NCBI GenBank assembly: GCA_028023455.1
Contig: JAQFVV010000005.1
Location: 21,762,001 to 21,826,000, forward strand
Origin: Epiperipatus broadwayi
Lineage: Eukaryota; Animalia; Onychophora
DNA length: 64,000 bases
Reading direction: 5' to 3'
Shown here: positions 48,976 through 62,799 of the stretch, piece by piece
How the letters are laid out: each line of letters starts with the position of its first letter
Position numbering within the stretch: position 1 is the stretch's first letter
The notes under the pieces: model-generated
What the model saw: only the letters and a program-made list of their open reading frames with translations
Database searches by the model: none
Told to the model about the DNA's origin: nothing
Made by a program: the position numbers and the translations under genes

Positions 48976-50241
48976 TATCAAATATTTAGCGACCACAGAT
49001 AATCAATGATTTTAATAAAAAGTAAAATTCACCACTGAACTAATATGTAAGTACTCAAACCTCATTGGTTTTTGATATGGTTTTATACATTTTGTTACTG
49101 AGTTCCACAAAATATCACTGAAGATGCTGAAAAATACAATATACATGATTAAATTATTTTAAAATGTATACATTTGTCACAGTCTTCAATAAAATGTTTG
49201 GCACAATGGAGTTTTCATGGCCAAAACTAGTCAATTCATTTGTGTTGTTTCATAACTGTAATGCACTTTACTGGATCATTATTTCTACAATTGCCTTACT
49301 ATTTTTTTAACTACAAGATTTAGTACCTTTTCTTTGAATCTATAATCTAATTTGTCATTAACATGACTCATCAGCTAATATGTGTAGTCGAAATCTCTAT
49401 CAACTCCTTATTTTGAATAACATTTTTATTTCAAACTGGTTCTTGTTGCTTAATCCAATGTAAAAATATTAATACATGTGCTTTACAACAGATAATACAG
49501 CTATATATATATATAATATTCGAAAATGTGATTGACACTATTCTTCCAAACAATAGCAAAATAGGATTTAAAATAAAATGGTGTTATATAAATTCTTTTT
49601 ATGCCTCCTATTATTCCTGCTTTTTTTTTTTTGATCATAGTATATGACTTTTTTTTATTTTTTTGTTCGTTATGTATAAAATTCAATATATATGAACATT
49701 TTTATAATGCATATAGAATTATGTCTTCAAAAAAATAGGAGAAATAAATTACAATCAAGATTTTAATTTTTTAAACATATATAAAGAAAAAAACTTTATG
49801 TGAATTCTTGATCCAGCATTTTTCCAGGAATCGGTAAATAAACAATTGATATAGTATAACATTAGAAGGAACACTATTAATGATTCTTAATTAAAACAGA
49901 TTAATGATTATTCATTGAAATATTTGTAAAATATAACCCAAATTTCATAATTTGAAACAATAGCACAATTATTATTTGCAAAAAACATATGCATATTTAT
50001 ATGATTTTAATATCACAGTAATTATATATATTTAAAAAAATCACAATTAATATTTATTAATGATTAGTTGTTATTTTTTCTAACAATCTTGTAAAATAAA
50101 ATCATTATGAGTTATCCTTGATTTCAAAGTCTTTTATTAATAGTGGCTTTTAATCTCATTCATGGGCTATACAAAATTATCGACTTAAAATTTCGCTTAT
50201 TATGCTTGATCAAAAATTTAATTAATTTATCTCTAATCATT

Positions 50242-51143
50242 GAGGATGGGTAACCTTTTCAACTGGCAGGTCAGTTTTAATTGTCCCCTTTTAAACGAAA
50301 GGCCATAATTTTTTTGTGAATTAAAAATGAAGTAGTAGCATTATTATTAATGACTTTGCACATTTAGTGACAATTTTTCTGATTAGCTTTGAACCTATCA
50401 TAGTGACATATATTCTCAAGTTAACGATTTTGAATTCTTGGCTTTTTTTTTAATAACTTGCCCTCAGAGCTTTCTGACTTGTTTGTACTTTTTAAAAAAC
50501 ATGTCAGTTACTTGATAAAGCTCTTTTTCAAGTTTTCTATTTTGATCTTTCCCCCTTCCTCAATAATTTTGTTGTAGTCTGAATGTTTTGATAAATAGTG
50601 TCTTATAATGTCTCCTTTATTATCATAAATATTTCCCAGACATATCAGGCACATCAGTTTACTATTTTTTTCAACAAAAAGAATGTGCATTGTTCCATTT
50701 CTTTCAAATATGATTTTTTGTATCAATTTTTTTTATCTTACTTCATACAGTATCCTAATAGAAAAAAAATTAAATACAAAATAGTAATAATAATGTGAGA
50801 AAAAAAATTGAGTTTTATTTTTGCTAGTTATAAGTTCATCTGCGAAAATCACTATAAGAATAAACAAAACCACATAATATAGATAATTTGTTGGGATATT
50901 CCACCTCTGATAGAATGAAGTAGAATTATTATAAATGTTGGAGAGAGAAAAAGATGTAGTTGAGGAAATAAATATTTTATTTTACTTAACACTTAATTCA
51001 ATATTTGTACTGCACTACATGCATGTTTACATAGAAGTTTTACACAGATCCATTTTATATACATTTGGAAAAGCGTTTGAGGTCCGGATTGAAAGCTTTT
51101 GAGGGTTGAACTTGGCCTATAGGCCAGAGATCCCCCACCCCTG
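50242..51143 (-). mobile_element. Internally deleted hAT Charlie/SPIN-type element
   Basis: Minus ORF 50508-50726 with CLIC...RHYLSKH...KIENLKKSF zinc-finger N-terminus; TIR remnants GAGGATGGGTAAC / CCCCCACCCCTG. No TSD recognised. Confidence 0.7.
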
Positions 51144-52811
51144 ATTTAAAGTATAGAAATTTATTGTACTTATATGAGATAGAATTAGAGAAGTTTAATA
51201 TATTTAAAGCATTATAGGGCAAATAAAAGATTGTGTGATAGGACTTTATCTTTTAATTCTATTAACTACTTTTTATAGTTCTAAAATAAAATTTTAGTCA
51301 TAAAAGAAATCAATAAAACTATTAATGAATCTATCTTATGATGTAAATCTTTAGAGATTCTTTTACATGGTTTGTTAATATCCTACATATCTTGATGGAG
51401 AAGCGGACTATAGAATTGAAGGTTCATGACTCTGCTCCATCACTTCTCCTGATCAAATTTCTTATGAACTCCCAAGTAATAAAGCACCAATTATTTTATT
51501 GTTTATTAATAATTAGCTATCTAAAAAAAAAAAAAGATCTATATGGTAAATAAAAAGATTTGAAAGAAACTTATTAACTTGCAAAAATGAGGTCCGACAA
51601 ATTAACATGACTATTTACTTCAGAAATGTCATAATAGTTCTGCCGCTTCAAATTGCAGATTATGGCTATCTGTAATGATATTTCCAAGGTTTTTTTTTAT
51701 TAAAATGTCAAAACTACAAGCTAACGAATATTCAAAAAAGAAAAATCTGAAGACGTCAGCATTGTCTGTAAAGATCAAAATGTAATTAATCCAATCTCCA
51801 TATGTGTAATCCTGCCTCTATGTCTTTGATGGTTTTGGTTCTTTGTAATCTGATTTCCACAGCATTTTGAGATTACTTTAAGAAAATTTTTGGAATAACA
51901 AAAAATATGAATTGCTATGTAATTTATTAAATATTTCTCATTATTTTTACAATGATTGTATAGTAATTATTTAAAACTAGAAAAATACATGTGTACAACT
52001 TGATTTTATTCATATATCTTTTGTTTTTAAAAATAAAAATTAATAAATTTGACTGTAGTGTTAAAGAAAATTACGGACAATAAGATGATCGCAATTTGTG
52101 ACATTGATCACGTAACGTCATTATTGACACTATGTCAAATCTTTTGAGATATTCTAAAAATTATAAAGCAATTTTAATATTTTAAAACAGAATTTTCTAG
52201 ATTTATTGGAGATTAACATTTATTCATCCACAGTTTAAGAATAAATTTCAATCAAAGAAGATTTTGACTTTCTGGAGGATCACCTTAGACTATTTTTTTG
52301 CCTGCCATTGAATGAAAAAAAATCTTAGCATCATTACATACTCATTTTTTTAATATTTGCAAGTTCAAATATAATTTTTTTTAGAATGTTTTTCATTAGT
52401 AAATTTAAATTTCTAAGAAATCAATTAAATTTATTGAGTTTTAATGTAAAATAAAGATTTTATATTGATATTAAATGTTGAACATTGACAAAAACCGCTG
52501 GCAGAGTTAACAATAGAAAATATCAACCTGTTAGAGAGTTATGAAATAGTAAAAATTAACTTAAATTTTGTAATATTAAAAACAAGACTAAAATATTTAT
52601 ATAAATTTTAGATTTAGAAAAAAAATTATCAAAGTATACAAGCTGTTCCCTTTATACATAAGCCAGATATTCAAATCATTTGCTTAAACAGGGTCTGTCA
52701 AACATACATAAAGGTTACTTATGAAATAGACTCTTTTTTTAATTATATTTTTATTATATCTTTATGATATGCTGATAATATATGTATATTGAAATGGATT
52801 TCCAGTTGTAC

Positions 52812-55800
52812 TCCCCTTTTAGATTTATATAATTTTATAAATGAAGGTATGATGATTTAAACCCAGGTGTCAGTGTTAGGGATAACCATATTGATTATTT
52901 TTGGATTTAGTATCCTAGCTACTGATGGTCAGATTGGGTATCCAGCCACCTTTCCTGATTCTTATCAAATCATGTCTAAGTATAGAGATGGTCTATCCCT
53001 TGCCACTAGATGTTATTTATTTATTTAAAACACAGCTACCATCTTGTAGATTAGACCATGCTTCAAAAGAAAGACATGGACAACTCGACTCAAAATATAA
53101 TCATAATAAAACATCATTCCTAGTATTTTAGATGTTAGCTCCTTCATTTATCAACTATTTCTTCAAAAGAAAGACATGGGCAACTAGACTCAAAATATAA
53201 TCATAAAACAATTTATTTACAGTATTTACATTCCTTATATGATACTTAGAGATGAATCCAGCTCATTAAAAATACATATATATATATATATTTAGGCAGG
53301 TGTGAATTCGACTTATGAGCTTCAATATGCTTACATCCCATATAAAATGTACATATAATTATTATTCAATTATCACTTTAACCATACAAATAAAGATTGG
53401 GCAAAATATCAATCGATAAACAGATATATATGTTATATAAATTAGATACCAACCAGTAACCACCTAAACATTCACAGTAATCAATATCTCTCACTGCTGT
53501 CAAGGCAAACCTTCACACCTTTTAATAGCAAGAATGGAAATCATTCTTACTAATGGTCCATTGAATATATATGGACACTTAAAAATTGCAACTAGACTTC
53601 AGAGTATGAAATATTGATACAATGAAGTTTAAATAAACCTCTTTAAACATGAAATAAACATGTCACTGTAATGCATACTAATAAATAGTCAATTATAACA
53701 TTACAAACTGCAATACTTTTAAATTGCTCATGTAAAATATTAATAATTGAATAAGAAATTATAAATTCTATTTCCTTTAATGTTTGGGGGAAAAAATTGC
53801 ATTAAGAAGAGAAAAAAAAAATTAAGTACATATTTAAGGGGAAAACAAAATAATAAAATATTAATATCAATTTTAATATTTGGTATAAATATTATTATTA
53901 TTTGCTTTTATAAGGCCATTTATTTTAAATAAAAATTTATCTTACCATGGCATCAGAGTTCTGATTTTGTCCTTTAATCTGCTAAAAATATAGATTCAAC
54001 CCTGTTTGAAAACAACATAGATTTATAGAATAGTCATTATCAGGAAAATTCAAGGCTTTATTTTTTATACTTTTCTTGATGTCTTTTCCATGTAGAATGA
54101 TGATATGACCGGATTATGCATTCATCATGGATAGGCTGATAAAAATCATGTGATGTGACAGATACTGCTTGTTAATAGTTCATCAGTGATTAGTGCATAC
54201 AGGAATGGCATGTTTTTAACATTGACATCTGCAGGAGACTACATAATTCCGGTTTGGTTAAGCAATGTACTAATAAAAATTTTCATCCCAGCATAATGAT
54301 ATTTTTAGTTATTGTACCATTTTCCATATTACCTGCTGTTAAATAATTTACTAGTTCTTAATTAACTGAAAATGCCATTCTATCATTTCAACTTTCTGGA
54401 ATCCTGTGAACAGAGTTTTTGCAGGTTGGTGTGATCCAAAAATCGTGGATAATGATGATATTACGGCTTTCTTAAAGAAAGCTTTCTCTCTAAGCACAAC
54501 GATGCCAATGCTATTCAAGATTATACATAATAAATCTGTGTACCTTTATCTATTATTACAAATTAATATTTAAAAAAACAATTTTCTTTTTTAATATATA
54601 TATCTTGCTGGTATAAATAAGACTGAAAGAAATAAATAGCTTGCAACTTTTAGAAGTGGGAAAAAAATCTTTTGCTTATATTATTTTTTTCCTTCTGTCT
54701 TTTTTTGTATATCTTTGTGTGGGGGTAATATCAGACTAGCTTTATTTCTAAAAGGAATCCAAACCGATTCATATCCCAATGGCCAAAGAAATGTGGTAAT
54801 GAATTTGTGAGTATATATTTCCATTTTTCATTGCCACATTTAACCTTTGTTTTGGATGCATATTCACTAAACAGCCTTGTTTTATGTTATATATCTCAAA
54901 ATAACAAAAAAATTCACTTCTCTACTTAAACTTCTTTTTTTATTGGAAGATCAGACCAGCATTTGTCTATCAAGAGAACGAATCTCAATCTGCAATTCTA
55001 GGGTGTATAAGAATCCATCACTAGCCTAAAAATAGCCAATGCAGGCATGAATGCTGCTAGAATTACCTCAGTTTTAACACAAGGAACAAAGAGAAAATAC
55101 ATATCAATATAATACTCTTGCTTGATGAATAATCTGAGACTTCGAGGAAGATTTATATAGAGAACCGAAACTAATAATCCATTGCATACCTGAGCCATGT
55201 TTCATTAAGTCCTAGTGTCCAGTCTACATGTGAAATGCATTTGGATTTTGAAATGCCTTGCCTTTATAATTAGACTTAAAAGCAAATAAGTAATAATACT
55301 TTTTAAAAAATGTAGTTATATAAATGAATTGATGCAGTGTCTGAGATAAAACTTAACATGGAATACCATGACAATGTCAAGTCCTCAAGTCAATGCTAGA
55401 ATCCTCATTCCATGACTAGCAGAGAAGGTACAATTAAACCAATTCCTGTAGCACAATGCTACCTTCTTCCCTCAAAAAAATAAATTAACAATAATAAAGA
55501 TAATCGATAACTTAAAAAATAATATAAAAATAATAATATTTAAATGATCATTATACCTCTTGCATGATCAGTTTCTCAATTATTTAAATTTGTTTCCTTT
55601 TTTTTTTTTTCAGTTTTGATCTTGTAATCATTAAATTATTGGGAATTATATTGGTTTAATCCTATCCTTTGTTATTATTTAAAAACTTCTATTGATTACA
55701 TAAAATTAGTACACTAGTCTACATTCTTACTATATAGCACTCATTATCTCCAACTTGTCTCTGCCTTGACCACTACCTTATTTAATTAACCTATTTATTG

Positions 55801-57810
55801 TTTATCATTTTGCCTACCTATCATATCTCTATCCTTGTACTCTCTTAATATCTATTTTTTTCATTTCATTTACTAATGCCAAATGTCTCTAATTTCATTA
55901 ACTAATCCCTCATTATTATTTCTCTATTATATATGTATTGGACATGTGTTAGCACCAAATGAATATATATATTGGTTCAATGTTAGTGGCTTTATTGGGT
56001 TGATCTATAATAGCTGTCAAATTTATTAAAGCCTCTGGTTAAGAATGATAAATGAAATAGTCTAAATGTGTAGTAAATAAATTTATTCAAGTCCACATTG
56101 GGCACCAAATCAAATGGGCATTTCTGTTTAGATTTATACAATTCTATATGAGAATGTATGAGCATTTAAGCTCAAGGGTTAATGAGTATTAGGAATGATT
56201 ATATTGACTATCTTTAGATTGAGTATTCAAACTAATGATGGCCAGACTGGGTATGCAGCCATATTTCTTGACCATCATTCTCATCAAACATGTCCGAGTA
56301 TCCCTTGCCACTATAAATATTTATTTATTTAAAACATATTTGCCATATTGTAGATTAGACCATTTCGAAAATGAAAAATATATAGGTTTGTTTCAAATTC
56401 TTCCCACTGCTAGCTGAAAAAACATGGCAGTGCATCATAGGAGTATAGGTTTGGGATGAGAAAGAATTTGGATAACTAGACTCAAAAATAATATGAATAT
56501 AAAACAATTTATTTACAGTATTTATACTTATATGAAATTTAAGGATGAATTCGATGCATAAAAAATATATATTTTGGTAGATATGTATTCAAATTGGATT
56601 TCTCCATTTAACTATATTGAATACAACTTATGAGCTCCGATATAGTTACATCCCATACAAATGATCATATAATTATTATTATTGAATTTCAACTTTAATC
56701 AAGCAAATAAAGATTGGCAAAATATCAATCAGTCGATAAACAGATATATACAAATTATAATAAATATTAATAATTGAATAAGAAGTTAATTATAGATTCT
56801 ACATTTATTAGCTAACAGAAAAAAATTTTAAGTTAAGAAGAGAAAGTATATATTTAAGGGGAAAACAATGCTAAAATTATTCAGACAATATTAATTTTCA
56901 TATTTGCTATAATTTTTTTTTTCGTTTTATTTGTTTCTTATCTTACCATGTCATCAGAAATCTGATTCTATTCTTTAACCTATTATAAATATAGGTTCAA
57001 ACCTGTTCGAAAACAAGACTAATTTATAGAATAGGCATTATCAGGAAAATTCAAGATTTCATTTGTTGTACTTTTCTTGATGTCTTTTCCAGTAGAATGA
57101 TGGTATAACTATGCATTCATCATGGATAGGCTGACAAAAATCATATGAAAGATGACAGGTACTGCTTGTTCTAGTTCATCAATGGTTCATGCCTACAGGC
57201 ATTACCCATTTTTAAAACTGACATCTATAGGAGACTACATAAGTCCAGGTTTAGTTGGCCAGTGTGCTAATAAAATTTTGTACTCCAGCATACTGAGATT
57301 TTCAGCTATTGTACCATTTTCTATATTAGCTGCAGCTAAATAGTTTGCAAATTTGCTGCTTCTTAAGTAACTGAAAGTGTTGGTCTATCAGCTCAACTTT
57401 CTGGAATGCTGTTAAAGAGTTTTTGTAAGTTGGCATGATCCAAAAATCTTTGATAATGATGATGTTACAGTTTTCTTAAAATAACAATTATAAAATTAGC
57501 ATCTCACAATTTTTTTCTTACCAGTGTTATTCAAGATTATACATAATAAATTGGAATATCTTTATTATTACAAATTACTTTTTTTTGTTAAAAAAATTGC
57601 AATCTTTTTTTTTTTAAATATATATATATCTTGCTAGTATAAATAAGAATGAAAGAAATAAATTGCTTGCCATTTTTAGAAAGAAAAATTAATTCCATCC
57701 TGGATACTTTTGGTTAAACTATTTTTTTTCTTTTTTATATACCTATTTTAGTATGTGAGTGGAAAGCTTGTATGATCAGACTAACTTAATTTCTAAAAGG
57801 ATTCTGAACC
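52812..57810. repeat. Old tandem segmental duplication: ~52812-54770 and ~56127-57810
   Basis: Collinear similarity over about 1.7-1.9 kb, including a conserved minus-strand ATG|GTAAG donor (~53946 and ~56947). Confidence 0.85.
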
Positions 57811-58799
57811 AACAATATGTACTTACAGTAACTGCATAAAATAAGTATATCATGTTTAATTGAATAACAGTTCAGTTTAGCAGTATGAAACGAGACAATG
57901 TCTTTTTATTATCAGCAAACTATTTTTCATTTGGTTTTGGAAGCAAATTAATTTCTCTTCTTATTTCTACTATTTATATGAAAAGATGAGATCTTTCTTT
58001 TATTTGTTAGCAAAAAAAATAGCTTGACTTATTGTATCATTCAAATTTGAGTAATAATACAAATAAATAATCGAATGAGGTTTATTGCTTAGGAAAATTT
58101 GAGCATTAAAAATGTCATTTGGGTCATATTCTGTAGAACTTCAGCTCCAGAATCTGCCATACTACTATTGTACCAAACTATGCGATGATAATAAATTATT
58201 TTTATTAATTGCATGGAATCTATTATTTTCAATTTCTATTAGAAATGTAATGTTTTAACTAATGTACAGTGAAATCGCAAACTATGCTGTATTAAAGAAC
58301 ACAACTTCAGTTATGTGCTATCCAATAAAAAATATAAACATCTAACAAAAATGTAAATAAGCAGAGAAAAAAACCATTAAATTTATAATTTACTACATTT
58401 TATGATGTGTGAGCAACAATTTTTCCATCTCTGAGTGCCATATGCAATCATGTTTAAAAAATAAATAAAATTTGTAAATATATTTTATAATACATCTCGA
58501 TGTGCTATGCAAGATCATATTTATTATATTTTTTTAGATTATATTGAAAGCACATACATTTTATTCTTCCTCTATTATCCTTTCCAAATTTGATGTGCAG
58601 TAATTTGTGTAATAAAATATGTTTTAATTCTCATATTAAAAGGTTTACAAAATTTTTAAAACAGACTAAAAGTTGATACTGATTTAAAAACGTCAAAACA
58701 AATTAGAGCAATCCTAATTTCTTGATAACAGGAATACTATCACATTTCTATAAGAGAAAAAAGTTATTGAAATAAATATATTGTAGCAGTTATATTGAC

Positions 58800-59520
58800 C
58801 ATGCCAAAGTTACATTATTATGTATTTGTTAAAAATAAAATATGTTAAATACATTGTTGAGATGACCCCAAAAAGATTTATAAAAATACAGCTAAAGTGT
58901 TGATTTGTAAATCAAGTGGTACAATATTAAAATGAGTTAGATCTTTATCTATCAAATAATCCTTTTTATATACATAAGAAGTTAAAAAAATTTTTTTTTT
59001 AATTAAAGGGGTGGAAAGATTTTTTGTTGTGAGGTTTGCATGGAACGTGAAGTACTCAGTTAAAATAAATAGCTTGTTGGTTTCTATCCTATTACAATTC
59101 TCTAATATACATTCCTTATCAACTGTTTTTAAAACTGCTAATGGTAAAAGCAACTTTGTAAATGAAGTTTTAGAGAAGAAAGAAGGATATGAATGCTGTA
59201 TACATCCTTTAACATTTCACTTAATGATACAAAAAGAAAAATATTTATGAGGAGAAAAGACTTTCCAAGAAACAGTAAGATATTCTAAAATCAGAACTTT
59301 TAATGTTTTGACATTGTTTGCTATTATGAATATTCAGAATAAATAAAGGAAAATAATATTTATGAACTTTTAAAAAAATTAAAGAATGAAAACTATTTTC
59401 GAACTTGTCAAAATGATATTATTTTCCTAGTCAAAAAGGAACTATAAAGATATAACATTTGGACTAGAATTCTTGAGAGTACCGTTACAATATATTACCC
59501 GGAACATATTTAATAGTGGC
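58800..59520 (+). mobile_element. Possible hAT (Charlie-type) transposase remnant
   Basis: Scattered motif similarity only (IHC, ERFF, FP..V..LK, LES). Confidence 0.3.
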
Positions 59521-61879
59521 AAAAGTTTGACATTTCATTATTTACTTATTTTATTTAAAAAATAAAAATAAGTTACAGTTAGTTTTTTTATTGTTATTGT
59601 TTCAATGAATGAATTTATGAATATATATTTAGTAAAACATATAAATGTGTCTCCTCAATTTATTATTAATAATTGTATTTTTTTAATTTTGTTTCTATTG
59701 TAATTTTATTATATGTGCATATTATACATATAAAAAAACCTTTTGTTATATATATGTATATGTTGAAAGTGATATATACTTGCAATTTAATTAATAATAT
59801 GCATTCTATTTTAATCATAATATTTCAACAAAACATGAGTTGTTCTGTTATATGCTGTATACATTTGCACACGAGAAAGACTTGGAATAAAATATAGCAG
59901 TTTGTGGTTCAACTGAACATTATTTTTTTTAATAACGTAATATGCTTTATAAGAACATTAATATATTAATCCTTTGTAAATATTATTTATCAAATAACAC
60001 TTTAATATATTAGTGCTATAAAGATTTTCAATTTTTTCCCAACATATTCTTATATTATGCAAAAAAATAGATTTTATATAATTAGGAACTGTCTATTAAA
60101 ATTTTAATTCTCTCAAAAATTTAGTGTCTATTATGCTCTCAAAAGTAGTTTTAATTTCTTTATTTCAATTCTTGTGTTTTTCCAATAATTGATGTCTTAA
60201 AAGTTTATCCTGTTTTTGTACAGATTTAATTTTTTGGTTCTTATCGGTCAGCCAGGCCAACTGCTTGATGTTGTTATTTTCTGTCAATTCCGGGCTGACA
60301 TTTTGCAAACTATTTTTAAACAATTCACACATTTTATTCGCCACAATTTACGAGCCAATATTACTTTCTAAAATGAAATAATTACATTTTAAAATTAGAT
60401 TAGACATTTTAGTCAATGCATAGCGCTGGAATGTGCAGGAGGGGGGGGCGATGGTTTTGCTGATCCGAAGGAGTCAAAAGATGCAGTAGTGTGATCAAAT
60501 CAAGATTATGATTTGCAAAACAATGTGCAACCTTACATTTTATTTGTCTCATATCTGTTCTTTCTCTGGAAAAAACCCACTATTATAACCATTACGGACC
60601 GCCTATTTCCTAAGTATTTTTAAACATTTTATGGCCCAACATTCTTTTTTAAAATGGAATAATATTTTTAAAGTACATTATACATTTTAGATAATTATTA
60701 CTATGTCAGATAGGGTGTAAGATCATTATTTAGAATGCATATTACAAGAGTTATGGCCACTTGAATTCCCCACACCCTCACATGATACGGTAGTGATCTG
60801 TTAAGTGTGTGCATTTGCATAGTGTTGCAAAGCAGTGTGCAATGCCATCTAGGCCTGCAATGGCTAATATGAACAGGACTGTTCTACAGGCCATAAGTTT
60901 CTCTGCTAAAAGCACAAATATTGGGCCGCATAAATGGCATATTACTGTGCTTTTGCAAAGAAAGAACACTACCAAGCGGCTGGTCTAGCCTACCGATGAG
61001 TACCAATTTTTTTTTAAAGATTTTCATTTATGTATATATTTGTTATCTCTTTGTGGATTTGTATGATGTGTATTTTTTTTACAATATATTTTTCAATATC
61101 TTTTCTTTTGTTTGTTATAAATACCATAAATTGTAAATAAATTTAATTTTCAATACAACTATTTGGTAGTGTAATGCAACATTAATATCACCTAAATAGT
61201 ATATCATTTACATTTAAATCGATTTATTATTTGGAAAAAGTTCGTTTTGTGCGTTGCAAAGTTTTTTTGTTCCCTTCAAATTATACAAGAAAAGATAAAA
61301 ACATATAAAAGGAAAATCATATATATATATTTCCATTGACTACAAATTTTTTTTTTTTTTTGCCTTCATATATGAAAATTTTTTCACAATATCCAAGCCT
61401 TTATATATTTCATTTTCTATTCTTATAATAGCCAAATTTTTAAATCACTAATGATCAGGGATCTCTCTGAAACTTAGACACATTTGGTGTGAATTTTTTA
61501 ATCTTTTTAGCATTCTTGATTTTCATTTTTCTATGGATAATCTGGATAATTGTTTTCCTTTTTTCTGAAATTTAATAAATGAAATAGGTTTTGAATTTAG
61601 AGTAATAGTTTAGTTGTGATATATACTGTACCAGTCGGATTTGTACGTTGTATAACAAGATTATAGAATCTGAGTGAAAGTACCTAGAACTCAATCATGA
61701 ACCCTGCCCTGTTTTTCTATCTTCCAGACCTATCAACTTATGAGCAATAATTCCGATGATAACCGATCCATTTCATCCTTCCTGGCTGGAAGCACAGCAG
61801 AGAAACAAGAAGACTCTAGTTGAACATTGAAAAGGAAACCATTTTTACAATAACCTACACATATTAAAGTGAAATATGT

Positions 61880-62316
61880 CTATGTGTTTGAAAAGGAAAG
61901 TTTTTAATAAATGTGTGTTACCAGTTCTTACTTGAACACTTAATAAAAGAGCAATATAGAGACTTCAGAATACTTAAAGAAGAATGCAGAGATGCATGTT
62001 ATAAGTAAGAAGAGATCGAAAATGAAATACATGGGTGAGAGCACAAATAGGTGTTACCGAAATCATTGAAAGAATTAAGAGACTGAAGTGGAGTTGGGCT
62101 GAACATATTGTTAGAAGAGAATAGACAGTTGAAATTTTACACTGGATTCCAAGAGATTGTAAAAGACCTAGAAAGAGACCACATGTGAGATGGATAGATG
62201 AAATAAGGATGTGAGTTGGGGTGATATGGAGAAAAGAAGTTTGAGATTGAGAAGATAGATTAAACTTGAAGAAACCTTCATCCTACAATGAATCGATGAT
62301 GATTGATGACGATATC
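61880..62316 (+). mobile_element. RTE LINE 3' fragment
   Basis: Collinear with 8215-8660; ends in a GATGA-type tail. Confidence 0.88.
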
Positions 62317-62799
62317 CATTAAAAAATATATGTAATAACTTTACAATAATGGTAAATATTAAGTAGTAATCATATATAAATTAAACAGAAGTACTTTTAA
62401 TTATGAAAGTATTGCTTAATTTATATATTATTACTATTTATTGTTTATCATTATTATAATTTAAAACTTACATAAAGTACAATTATGTTTAAATTTCTAA
62501 AAAAATATGCTCACTATCTTATATCATTGCCAGTCTATTCAAAGGTAGCATTAGTTGCAATTTACTTCATGATTCTTAGGGAGGTTTTCTGAACATGACT
62601 GCCCATGCTTTTATTTAGGAAAACTGATTTTTTTAGTGCATTTTATGTGAATAGAAGCATTTATTTAATTTTATTTTTGTTCAAGAAAATATTTTTAATA
62701 AATCTGTCTGAATAACTTAAATTTAAATAATCTGTATAAAATTTCTATTTTAACCCAGTATTAAATGAATAATTCTATCTTTTATTTCTATGACAAAAA

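Noticed and set aside
49321-49376. Minus-strand CTGATGA-GTCA-TGTTAA-TGAC hammerhead-like half
   Set aside because: The following box is AAAT (no G12), there is no stem I partner and no repeat context; probably chance.
53168-53180. 12-nt match to miR-71 (GAAAGACATGGG)
   Set aside because: No precursor hairpin; part of a local tandem duplication.
54951-55025. Minus-strand exon ASDGFLY.. resembling WIPI/Atg18
   Set aside because: Similarity ends after 7 residues and a stop follows; no other WIPI exons are seen.
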